Shown here: positions 25,594 to 33,868 of the stretch, one piece after another
Position numbering within the stretch: position 1 is the stretch's first letter
Layout of the letters: every line of letters starts with the position of its first letter
DNA from: an uncultured Candidatus Saccharibacteria bacterium
GTDB taxonomy: Bacteria; Patescibacteriota; Minisyncoccia; Phycocordibacterales; UBA2100
Direction: 5' to 3'
Assembly: GCA_964419595.1 (NCBI GenBank)
Contig: CAYQQI010000001.1
Span: forward strand, 1-50,189
Length of the DNA: 50,189 nt
The notes under the pieces: generated by a model
What the model saw: only the letters and a program-made list of their open reading frames with translations
Told to the model about the DNA's origin: nothing
Database searches by the model: none
Made by a program: the position numbers and the translations under genes

Positions 25594-26901
25594 TCAGGAC
25601 GAGAACGGATTCGCAAAATAATTTTGAACCGGATACCCGATGATCTCAGGACCGTCGGCAGGCAATTTTATCCACCGATTGTGCGAAAACGGTTCGTAGG
25701 AGAGCACGCACGCGTTTGCAGTATCAACGATACGATAGAACGGACCGCCGTCTATAGAATGGTCAAACGTCCATTCGACTCGTTCGATCACGGGATGCCG
25801 CATGCACGCTTCGTGAATATGGTACCAAAATTCGTACGGATCGCACCGCTCTTGTGCGGCAGGAGACTCGATCGTATCGGCTATCACGGAGCCGTCGCGC
25901 ATATGGGTCCGGGTATTCGACACACACTGGTGGTTCGCTTCGAACATGAACAGACCGTACATATTTCCCTCGAGTGTCATACGATGATCGCCCGGTATCA
26001 ACAGGGGGATACTTTGCGGGATCAAGAGCACAGCGAGAAACGTCCATCCCGCCACAGACTTGCGATCGAGCGGCACCGCGCTGTACCGGTATCCGACAGC
26101 GAACAGAACGACGAGTGCGGTGAGTGCGATAGAAGGAAAACGGAAGCCGACAAAGATACCCGAATAGAGGTGAAATGTCGCGAAAAAGACGAGTGCGCCG
26201 AGACGGAGTCGATTGTCAGAAGAAAGGAGGAACCACGAACCGATCATCTGCATGAATATCACGACGCCCGTAAATATCGGCGCCACGCTGTTTCCGAATA
26301 TCGGCAATCCCGCGGAGAGGGAGGTAAAATATGTTCCCATGATCCAACCTGCATCGATCTTCACGCTGCTTGCGAGGAAGTAGAGCCACACGAACGTGAT
26401 CCGAAGGAAAGCGAGCTTGTGCGGGAACAAAAGCAGCACCGAACCGAGGTACAGGTCGTAGTAGCTGTAATTTTCGGCGAAGTGCATGGAGAACAGAAAT
26501 ACGGTCGCCGCTTTGCATATCCATAAGAGGAGCAGTAATACATGCGCAAGCACCCACTCTTTTTTATACATGAGCACCGCAACCAAGAGGCACAACAGAA
26601 AGATCCCCATCGAGAGTATCTGTTGGCTGTAGGCATCGGGGAATGTCCCGAGGACATAGAATTTCCAGCAGCTCTGAAAATACGGCCAGCACAGGTGAAC
26701 ATTTTCCGTGACGGCACGGGGCGACGTTATGGCAAACAATGCGAATCGCTGAAAACCGAGAAAGAACGAGAAAAGAATGACGCCGAAGACGATCTTAAGC
26801 GTTTCGTTCTGCTCGATCTCAGCGATCGAAAAGAAACGTCGGTACCATTCGAGCACGCGACGCTCGATCACTGACGTAAATATATGATGACGAAACGGCA
26901 T
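25594..26901 (-). CDS. HTTM / vitamin K-dependent gamma-carboxylase-like membrane protein (copy 2)
   Basis: ASSVKIDAGWIMGTYF, YGLFMFEANHQC and WTFDHSIDGGPFYRIVD are present. It is collinear with 6820..8244. Confidence 0.6.
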   Translation of the reverse strand: MPFRHHIFTSVIERRVLEWYRRFFSIAEIEQNETLKIVFGVILFSFFLGFQRFALFAITSPRAVTENVHLCWPYFQSCWKFYVLGTFPDAYSQQILSMGIFLLCLLVAVLMYKKEWVLAHVLLLLLWICKAATVFLFSMHFAENYSYYDLYLGSVLLLFPHKLAFLRITFVWLYFLASSVKIDAGWIMGTYFTSLSAGLPIFGNSVAPIFTGVVIFMQMIGSWFLLSSDNRLRLGALVFFATFHLYSGIFVGFRFPSIALTALVVLFAVGYRYSAVPLDRKSVAGWTFLAVLLIPQSIPLLIPGDHRMTLEGNMYGLFMFEANHQCVSNTRTHMRDGSVIADTIESPAAQERCDPYEFWYHIHEACMRHPVIERVEWTFDHSIDGGPFYRIVDTANACVLSYEPFSHNRWIKLPADGPEIIGYPVQNYFANPFSS

Positions 26902-26906
26902 GGCGC

Positions 26907-28400
26907 TTAGGGGAACGGATGGGGGAGCGGATTCAGTGTATCAACCGCTTTATGGTGCAGCATTCTGAATTCATCGAGTCGTGCGGAGCGTAGTGTTGCA
27001 TACGACTCAACGAGATAAAGCGGGAAAAGTCGCGGGACGATCGTTCTCACCACGTGATACCCGAGCCGCATCAGGATCGGATGCTCCACATCGTACGTAT
27101 AGAGTTCGTATCCGGCCCCGAGCCTTCGGAGCTGCGTGCATACCCACGAGAGTTGTTCTTCTGGCGAGAGAATGTGCTCTGTTTTTTTGAACACCGACGC
27201 AGATGATCGTTTTGTTCCCCGAATGAAAAAAGAAAACGCATCCAACATACGTGCACCCTTCCACAGCGACAGGCGCTCGTTTCGGCCGATCGAGCGGTCA
27301 GAGAAGGGCGGAGCGCTCTGGTCGTGAATATACGGCTCTGCGCTCACCAGGCGCAACAGTGCGATATTTGCTTCGCTCAAGGCTCCGATGTACACGTCTT
27401 TTTCCGAGAAACCTGACCCGCCGCCGACGGCGAGTGCGGGCTCTCCTTCTCGCGCATCTATCAAAACACACATGACAGCCGGGATCTCCACGTTCGTTGT
27501 TATATCGAGAAAATGAACGGTGAGGCCGAGCCGCTCGTACCTATCGATCATGGCGCGTGTTTCGCTATCGCGGATCGACTCGTTCGGGATGCGATGGGGC
27601 GGAACCGAATTGAGCCAGTGCATAAAGAAACCGTCTCGTTCCACGAGTTCGAGCACGCCGGAAAGTATCGCTTCCGTTCTTGTGAAATGACCGGCACCGC
27701 CGCTCGTGGTCGATTGATACAGTGTCGGCTCAAGGGAGTCGAGTTCGTTACGGTACGACCAATAGACAAGTTGTGCCGGTAGGAGAGTCGGAGATCCCGT
27801 CCCGTATGCGCTCCCTTCCACCCACGCGAATTCGGAATCAATACTCCGTTTGAATTTTGGGAACGATTCCTCCTGCCACGGAGCGAAACCGTTGAGAGAG
27901 AAAATATCGAGCAGTGAATGCATGGTCGATAGGTCACGAGGTGTACCGTACGTAAGCGCTGCTTTGCGGTACAGCGTGAGCAGATGACGCTCGAGTATCT
28001 CACCGACTGACTTTGACATTGCATCCTCAAATGAAGCCGAGCTGCCATAGCCGGTATATTCCACCTTGCGCCCGTCGGTTTGTGACTCGTCCTCGTACGG
28101 CAGTACTCGTGCCGAGTACGTACCGGGAAAGTCGTTGCGTGCGAGCGGAAATGAAAATGAAGGGGTATCGATTATCTTTGCACGGTGCAGCTCATCGAGG
28201 AGGAGCTGCCAATTCAGCGGCATCCCCGTGGTGAGCACTGCTTCAGCGCCGCGAAAACGATCGAATCGATGCATGGTTTCGACGATACGCGCGCGCAGAC
28301 GGTCACGCGAGTCGAACAGCGACCGAAATCGCCCGCACGGTTGAGCAATTTCGTGCATCGCGTCGCCCTTTGATTGCAGACGAGTATGGGGATAGGGCAT
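26907..28400 (-). CDS. YcaO-family cyclodehydratase-like protein, pair 3 (divergent type)
   Basis: SVGEILERHLL, TTSGGAGHFT and VLELVERDGFFMHWLN are present, and the C-terminus is ...PLPHPFP (PxPxP-like). The ORF extends to 28754, but that would overlap the divergent SagB-3. Candidate starts are 28508, 28400 and 28358. Confidence 0.75.
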   Translation of the reverse strand: MPYPHTRLQSKGDAMHEIAQPCGRFRSLFDSRDRLRARIVETMHRFDRFRGAEAVLTTGMPLNWQLLLDELHRAKIIDTPSFSFPLARNDFPGTYSARVLPYEDESQTDGRKVEYTGYGSSASFEDAMSKSVGEILERHLLTLYRKAALTYGTPRDLSTMHSLLDIFSLNGFAPWQEESFPKFKRSIDSEFAWVEGSAYGTGSPTLLPAQLVYWSYRNELDSLEPTLYQSTTSGGAGHFTRTEAILSGVLELVERDGFFMHWLNSVPPHRIPNESIRDSETRAMIDRYERLGLTVHFLDITTNVEIPAVMCVLIDAREGEPALAVGGGSGFSEKDVYIGALSEANIALLRLVSAEPYIHDQSAPPFSDRSIGRNERLSLWKGARMLDAFSFFIRGTKRSSASVFKKTEHILSPEEQLSWVCTQLRRLGAGYELYTYDVEHPILMRLGYHVVRTIVPRLFPLYLVESYATLRSARLDEFRMLHHKAVDTLNPLPHPFP

Positions 28401-28506
28401 GCGCGCATGCACCGCATTCTTCCAATATCGATTCGGTTCCACGCGTGAAAGTATAGCAATATCGCTCGCTTGCGCCCGCAAAGGGGGAGAGTACCATTGA
28501 GCTTCC

Positions 28507-29235
28507 ATGGATTTTTCCGAGTTCTTCCACATCTCCTCAAAGGACGCCACGGGTGCGGGTGAACTTCGGATACCGCTTGATCCCAAAGAGTGGCCCGAAT
28601 CATGGAGCACGATAGAAACGAAAACATATACGCGTTTGCCGAAGATCTCTCTTCCCGAGACCGACCCGAAAGCGGACCACTTTGCGCTCATTCGTGATCG
28701 CAGATCCCGCTTTGCGTTCACGAGCGAACCGTTGACGCTAGAGGCAATGAGCACGTTGCTCAGGTATTCATGCGGTCTCTTTTTTCAAGACGATGTAGCC
28801 ACACACAGGGCGCAACCCTCCGCGGGCTCGAGGTATCCGATCGAACTCTATCCGATCGTACTTCGCGGGAACGATGCGCTCGCGTCCGGCGTGTACCATT
28901 ACAACGTTGATCATCATCGTCTTGAGCTGCTCTGGAGCCGCACATTTTCGCCGGAAGAGAAGCGGGCACTCGTAACGCACGAGAATATCGACGACGCCGC
29001 GTGTCTGCTCGTGATGAGTGCCACCTTCGATCGAACGAAACGTAAATACGGCGAGCGAGGATACCGATACATCATGCTTGAGGCGGGACATATCGGGCAG
29101 AATGTATGTTTGGCGGCAACCCACCTCAACCTCTCGTGCTGTCCGCTGGGAAATACACGCGACGGCGCTATTGAGACACTGCTGGATATCGACGGTGTGA
29201 ACGAGTCCGTGGTCTACGCAACGCTGATCGGGTAA
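28507..29235 (+). CDS. SagB-type dehydrogenase, pair 3
   Basis: GSRYPIELYPIVL, YHYNVDHHRLELLW, KRKYGERGYRYIMLEAGHIGQN and CCPLG are present. Confidence 0.8.
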   Translation: MDFSEFFHISSKDATGAGELRIPLDPKEWPESWSTIETKTYTRLPKISLPETDPKADHFALIRDRRSRFAFTSEPLTLEAMSTLLRYSCGLFFQDDVATHRAQPSAGSRYPIELYPIVLRGNDALASGVYHYNVDHHRLELLWSRTFSPEEKRALVTHENIDDAACLLVMSATFDRTKRKYGERGYRYIMLEAGHIGQNVCLAATHLNLSCCPLGNTRDGAIETLLDIDGVNESVVYATLIG

Positions 29236-29307
29236 GACTTGACAGAACCGTCCGTCTTGGGCTTAATACCGGTGGAGGGCAACCCCGCCCTGCCGGAGGA
29301 AACAGCC

Positions 29308-29532
29308 ATGAGGAAACTTTTTTTCGCGAGCGCCGCAATCGCAATGCTCGGGATGCCGATCAGTGCTACCGCCCAGGTCAAGCAGATCTCGGGTCCGGGC
29401 GGCATGGTGTGCAACCACACCAACTCGTGCGCCTGCAAGCCATCGCTCAACGCGTGCGTCGCGTGCAACAACACCCACGGCCAGGAAGCCCAGCGCAATT
29501 GGTGCAAGATGACCAATCCGGCGCTGCGCTGA
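29308..29532 (+). CDS. secreted Cys-rich small peptide (74 aa; candidate precursor or bacteriocin-like)
   Basis: Trimmed to the ATG at 29308, preceded by GGAGGA plus 7 nt. The signal peptide is MRKLFFASAAIAMLGMPISATAQ. The mature part is VKQISGPGGMVCNHTNSCACKPSLNACVACNNTHGQEAQRNWCKMTNPALR (6 Cys). Confidence 0.6.
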   Translation: MRKLFFASAAIAMLGMPISATAQVKQISGPGGMVCNHTNSCACKPSLNACVACNNTHGQEAQRNWCKMTNPALR

Positions 29533-29572
29533 TCGGCATCGGTCACGGCTACAACATTGCTCTTACGCTCGA

Positions 29573-29598
29573 GGCGACGGATCACCCGATCCGTCGCC
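29573..29598. terminator. 11-bp hairpin between convergent genes
   Basis: The sequence is GGCGACGGATC-accc-GATCCGTCGCC. The downstream stretch is only moderately T-rich. Confidence 0.45.
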
Positions 29599-29620
29599 TG
29601 ATCTATTTATACGACCCGCA

Positions 29621-31273
29621 TCACGCGGATCTTTTCTTTTGAATACGGTAGATCTCATTGGCGAATGTCGGCAAAAATATTGCATGCGTCGTGGGGTTGT
29701 AGGCGATCACGTTCACGATGCGCTCCGCAGCCTGAAAAAAGCCTCTCTCTTCGCCGGTTTTCGCGTCAAGCTCATACATACGACCGTCATTGCTGCCGAT
29801 ATAGACCGACGAGCCGATTATTGCAGGGGATGCGAATATTCTTCCCATTGTCCTGAATTTCCATCGAATTATGCCGGTCGCCGCACCGATGGCGTAGAAC
29901 TTCTTATCGAGCGATGCCACGTATACCGTGCCCTCGTGTGCAAGCGGGTTCGAATACACCGCTTCGGGTAACTCCACCGCATGTACGAGCGCCCCGGTCT
30001 TTGCATTCAATATATAGAGATGTTTGTCGAACGAGCCAAAACAAACGGTACCGGCTGATTCGTCGAATGAGAAACCTGCACGAACCGCATCTTGTGTCGC
30101 GAATTCCCAGAGCTGGGATCCGGTTTTTGCGTCGAATCCGTACACGGTCCCGCTATTACTCCCGCACACCACAACTGAGAGTTTTTCCGAGACAGAAGGT
30201 GAGGAATGCACCAAGCCGTTCATGGTTTGCTGCCATACTTTTTTCCCGGTCTCGGCGTTCACCGCGAGCAATCCTCCCCGTTTATTCCACAGACCGAATT
30301 CCAGGCCCACGTACACGAGGCCGAACTTTTCCGATACTGCCGGTGATGAGCCGACCCAGTCGGCCTCCATACTTACCCAGGCACGGGAACCGTCACGCGT
30401 CTTCAGCGCGTACAAATTGCCGTCGTACGCACCGAAATACACGAGTCCGAGTTTCTTTGAGAGCGCAGGGGACGAGAAGATGCGCTTGTGCCCGTCACCG
30501 AATTGTATGAGGTATTTCCATACGACTTCGCCGCTTTCCTGATCGAGTGCCCAAAACATGCCGCTGTCCGACCCGAAGTAGAGCTTCGTGTCATCCAATA
30601 CAGGAGCAGATTTCGGGATCACATAAAAATAGTTCGGGTCGGGACTTGCGAATTTCCAGGTGCTCTCGAAGACTGACAGTTCTCCCACGGGTTTGGAAAC
30701 GGGGATGGGGGGATGTGCATCGGGAAAATCTTCTATCGAGAAAAGCGAGTGAACCTCGATCCCTTTTTCCCGGAACAGTTCGTAGAAAGAATCGTCTCTG
30801 AGACGAAGCACTACACAAATAGCACGCACCTCCATGCCGCGCTCTTCAAGTGCCGCGATCTGACGGAGCATGCCCTTACCGGAATTCACGAGATCGTCCA
30901 GTAGTACGACCGGCTCATCAGTAACGACTCCTTCGATCATGTTTTGCATTCCGTCCTTATCCCGGGATTTACGCATGAAAAAACCGTTCATGTTCGTGCC
31001 TGCATCGTGCGCTTTCAACACCACGCCCGCGATCAGGGGAAGCGACGCGGTTTCCAATCCGCCCACTTGAACCTTTCCGTACGGTGCCACGCGTGCGTAC
31101 ATCTCGATTGAGAGTGCGTCGAGCACATCGCTTTGTAACAGTACTCGTCGAAAGTCGAACATCCACGATTGCCGCTCACCCTCACCGGAGTAGAACGCGG
31201 CCTCCTTCGAAGTGACGAATACGCGCTCTTGCAATACCGACTTTAAGAACTGCATACGTGATGACGTTTCCAT
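29621..31273 (-). CDS. type I phosphoribosyltransferase::PQQ-like beta-propeller fusion (copy 2)
   Basis: Trimmed to METSSRMQFLK. MFDFRRVLLQ, FFMRKSRDKDG and the PRPP loop VVLLDDLVNSGKGM are followed by propeller repeats (LVYFGAYDGNLYALKTRDG...). Confidence 0.75.
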   Translation of the reverse strand: METSSRMQFLKSVLQERVFVTSKEAAFYSGEGERQSWMFDFRRVLLQSDVLDALSIEMYARVAPYGKVQVGGLETASLPLIAGVVLKAHDAGTNMNGFFMRKSRDKDGMQNMIEGVVTDEPVVLLDDLVNSGKGMLRQIAALEERGMEVRAICVVLRLRDDSFYELFREKGIEVHSLFSIEDFPDAHPPIPVSKPVGELSVFESTWKFASPDPNYFYVIPKSAPVLDDTKLYFGSDSGMFWALDQESGEVVWKYLIQFGDGHKRIFSSPALSKKLGLVYFGAYDGNLYALKTRDGSRAWVSMEADWVGSSPAVSEKFGLVYVGLEFGLWNKRGGLLAVNAETGKKVWQQTMNGLVHSSPSVSEKLSVVVCGSNSGTVYGFDAKTGSQLWEFATQDAVRAGFSFDESAGTVCFGSFDKHLYILNAKTGALVHAVELPEAVYSNPLAHEGTVYVASLDKKFYAIGAATGIIRWKFRTMGRIFASPAIIGSSVYIGSNDGRMYELDAKTGEERGFFQAAERIVNVIAYNPTTHAIFLPTFANEIYRIQKKRSA

Positions 31274-31337
31274 GGATACACAGTATACGACGTGGTCGCA
31301 ATGTGCTCTGCGGTGCGGATGGTACGATATACATGTG

Positions 31338-31766
31338 ATGAATCGCACCGTAGGTATCGTGCTCGCAGCTGTGCTCGTGACCGCACTTGCTATCTACCTG
31401 ACGCCGCTTAAGCATGTCGCACTCATTGAGCCCACGATCAACGACATCGATGCCGTGGAGTTCCAGGCAGCCCTTAAGGCGGATCCTGATCGCTACATCT
31501 TTCTTGATGTCAGGCCCGCAGAAGCGTACAACAAACAGCATGCCGAAGGTTCCGTGAGTGCACCCGTGCATACACTCTTCGATCTCCGCCACACGCTTCC
31601 GAAACACGGTAAGGAGATAGTGCTCATCTGTAGCGGGGGACGGGCCTCGGGCGTCGGGTACGGCTACCTCGAACATTTCGGTTTTTTCAACATTGCGCGT
31701 ATCGAAGGAGGCATTGAGGCGTGGCTCACGGCGGGGTTACCCACAGTGCCGGCGCCCGCAAAATAG
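31338..31766 (+). CDS. membrane-anchored rhodanese-domain sulfurtransferase-like protein
   Basis: Trimmed to MNRTVGIVLAAVLVTALAIY. IFLDVRPAEAYNKQHAEGS and the active-site loop LICSGGRASG are present. Confidence 0.7.
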   Translation: MNRTVGIVLAAVLVTALAIYLTPLKHVALIEPTINDIDAVEFQAALKADPDRYIFLDVRPAEAYNKQHAEGSVSAPVHTLFDLRHTLPKHGKEIVLICSGGRASGVGYGYLEHFGFFNIARIEGGIEAWLTAGLPTVPAPAK

Positions 31767-31792
31767 ACGCGAGTGCTACACTTCATGTAACT

Positions 31793-32077
31793 ATGGAGCA
31801 ACTGCTGTTTCGAACAATTCGCGTCGCATCGTTCCTCGGACTCGCCGCACTCGCTACACTTCTCACCATGTTTTTCGGTACCTCGCGCTCTGCGAGCAAT
31901 CTGTCCTCCGATGGAGGTTTTACGGGATTCGGCATTCAGTGCGCAAACGCCGATGCGCCGGTTGTTGACACGGGCTGCACCGGCGACGCCGGTTGCGCCG
32001 GTTGCGCCGGCTCAGATTCAGGTTGTTCAGGAGGATGTGACAGCGGCGGCGGCGGTAGCAGCGACGGCTGCGCGTGA
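31793..32077 (+). CDS. candidate RiPP precursor 2: Sec-like signal/anchor plus Cys/Gly/Ser/Asp-only core
   Basis: Trimmed from ORF 31721 to MEQLLFRTIRVASFLGLAALATLLTMFFGTSRSASNLSSDGGFTGFGIQCANADAPVVDTGCTGDAGCAGCAGSDSGCSGGCDSGGGGSSDGCA*. It shares the GG.xG(Y/F).I...A.AP...CTGDA junction with precursor 1. Confidence 0.6.
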   Translation: MEQLLFRTIRVASFLGLAALATLLTMFFGTSRSASNLSSDGGFTGFGIQCANADAPVVDTGCTGDAGCAGCAGSDSGCSGGCDSGGGGSSDGCA

Positions 32078-32084
32078 TTCTCAT

Positions 32085-33185
32085 ATGTCGAAATACATCA
32101 TCGGGGTAGTGATCATACTTGCGGCAGCATTTTTTGGCGTGTGGTACTACATATCCCTACCCCGACCTCTGCAGGATCCCTTCTCCACGCTCTCGATAAA
32201 AAGTGAGAAATTTGCCGAGGCAAATACACTTCATTTCTCCGCGAAGACCCCCGAAGATCAGGCCAAAACCGAGGCTGCATACAAAGCGGCACTCCTCGAC
32301 GCTGATTCTTCGGCCGAGAAGAGTATGGTTGAATTTCGGATCGCTCTGACCGTTGAGCAGCAAGGTAGGTATGTCGAGGCCATTCAACAGCTCAAAATGA
32401 TCGCGGCGAACACTCAGTATCCCGCATTTACACGTGCCTACGCGATACAGGAACTGGGTCTCATGTACTACAATTACGGTTCCCCGGAGATCACAAAAGA
32501 AGTGTTCAGTACACCACCGTACGACGCAATGCAGGCGGAGAGCGGCGCGGTGTCATATCGCCACGTCTTTGAATATGCCTCGTCGATCTATCCGCTCGCT
32601 GCTTCCGAGAGCTTTATTGCGTATTTATATGCAAACGACATGATGAAGCTGTTTAACGCTTCGACTGTTCGACCGCTCACGCCCGAAGAGCAAACTTCGT
32701 ATGAGAGCGCGAAACTCGAGGTTGAAAGGCGACTGGCGAGCGCGGAGCGTGATATCGCGCGACTCGATAAAATGGCGCAAGAGCGATACTACCGTTCGTA
32801 CGCACTCCTGCGCGTTGCCATCGTGCGCGGGCAATTGGCCAGGATGAAGCTTGGTACCGATGAAGCGGCAGAAGCTGCCTTCCAAAAGACCATCGCGATC
32901 ACCGACTACGAAAGCGGCGACGCCGAATCAGCGTTCCCGCGTTTGCACTACGCCTTTTTCCTCTCCAAGCGATACGGTGCCGAGCGAGCGACGGAGATCC
33001 ATGATCTCTTGAGCGCAATTTATACGACGATGGACAAGCGAGCGTATTCCCCGATCATGAAATATTTTGAGGGTGAACGAAAGAGTGTCTACGGAGCAAA
33101 AGCGGATCTCGCGGCGCTCGCCAAAATAGACCCTCAGTTCAAAGTTGCACTCATAAACCTCGGTTGGATAGAGAGCGACTTCTAG
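32085..33185 (+). CDS. membrane-anchored helical protein following precursor 2 (paralog of 17498..18610)
   Basis: Trimmed from ORF 31911 to MSKYIIGVVIILAAAFFGVWYY. It occupies the same position relative to its precursor as 17498..18610. Confidence 0.65.
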   Translation: MSKYIIGVVIILAAAFFGVWYYISLPRPLQDPFSTLSIKSEKFAEANTLHFSAKTPEDQAKTEAAYKAALLDADSSAEKSMVEFRIALTVEQQGRYVEAIQQLKMIAANTQYPAFTRAYAIQELGLMYYNYGSPEITKEVFSTPPYDAMQAESGAVSYRHVFEYASSIYPLAASESFIAYLYANDMMKLFNASTVRPLTPEEQTSYESAKLEVERRLASAERDIARLDKMAQERYYRSYALLRVAIVRGQLARMKLGTDEAAEAAFQKTIAITDYESGDAESAFPRLHYAFFLSKRYGAERATEIHDLLSAIYTTMDKRAYSPIMKYFEGERKSVYGAKADLAALAKIDPQFKVALINLGWIESDF

Positions 33186-33186
33186 C

Positions 33187-33864
33187 ATGAAGGAAGGCAC
33201 GAGGCGGCGTTGGCCCCGAAATGCGGTGCGAACCGGTTTGTTTCTGTTCACGATTGCGATACTGGTGTTCGCAGCGATGTACGTGCGCGGAACCGGCACG
33301 GAAACTGTTGCAGGAGGGCCGGTGCCGCCGATCGTTCCCGGGGATCATATACAAGGCGAACGCACGGCACCGGTGCAGTTGATCGTGTACACCGATATGG
33401 AGTGTCCGCATTGCAAAGCGCTGCATCTCTCCACCATTCCGCGCCTCCTGTCTGAATTCGGGACATCGACGTACGTGATCGCATACCGCCACTTTCCGCT
33501 CGCGTCGCATCTGCGCGCGCCACTTGAAGCGGCTGCGACCGAATGTGCGGCGAGATATGGCGAAAAGTATTTCTGGCTCTACGTTGAGCAGATATTCAGA
33601 GAAACAAAGTCCAACGACGCGCTCGAGCCGGCACGCTTACCGGAGATCGCCGATGAACTGGGTCTCCCGAAAAGTGCGTTCGAGCGCTGCCTGGAGCGAC
33701 CGGATCGGATGGAGCGTGTGCTGCACGATATTTCCGAGGCACTTCGAGCAGATGTAGCCATAACCCCGACTATATTTGTAGGTCGCGGTAATGAGATGAT
33801 ACGGGTAAAGGGAAATTCGTACGCGCAGCTTTCGAGCGCGACGGAGCTTCTCTTGTCCGAGTAA
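33187..33864 (+). CDS. DsbA-like thiol:disulfide oxidoreductase (thioredoxin fold, CPHC)
   Basis: It has an N-terminal TM helix. LIVYTDMECPHCKALH is the active site, and the C-terminal part is DsbA-like (ITPTIFVG). Confidence 0.75.
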   Translation: MKEGTRRRWPRNAVRTGLFLFTIAILVFAAMYVRGTGTETVAGGPVPPIVPGDHIQGERTAPVQLIVYTDMECPHCKALHLSTIPRLLSEFGTSTYVIAYRHFPLASHLRAPLEAAATECAARYGEKYFWLYVEQIFRETKSNDALEPARLPEIADELGLPKSAFERCLERPDRMERVLHDISEALRADVAITPTIFVGRGNEMIRVKGNSYAQLSSATELLLSE

Positions 33865-33868
33865 CCGT

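Noticed and set aside
25420-26526. 368-aa plus-strand ORF
   Set aside because: It is entirely antisense to the HTTM-2 gene (25594..26901). Its translation is Arg/His/Glu-rich low complexity with no membrane or domain logic. The minus-strand frame has a clear paralog at 6820..8244.
28505-28510. YcaO-3 start at 28508 sharing the CCATGG palindrome with the SagB-3 start at 28507
   Set aside because: Divergent genes with overlapping start codons leave no room for promoters. Alignment with YcaO-1 and YcaO-2 suggests the N-terminus begins about 120 aa before the (S/A)E(A/S)LER motif, favouring 28400 or 28358. The true start remains uncertain.
29914-30542. 198-aa and 172-aa plus-strand ORFs
   Set aside because: They are antisense to PRTase::propeller copy 2, and their translations are Arg/Pro/Ser-rich.
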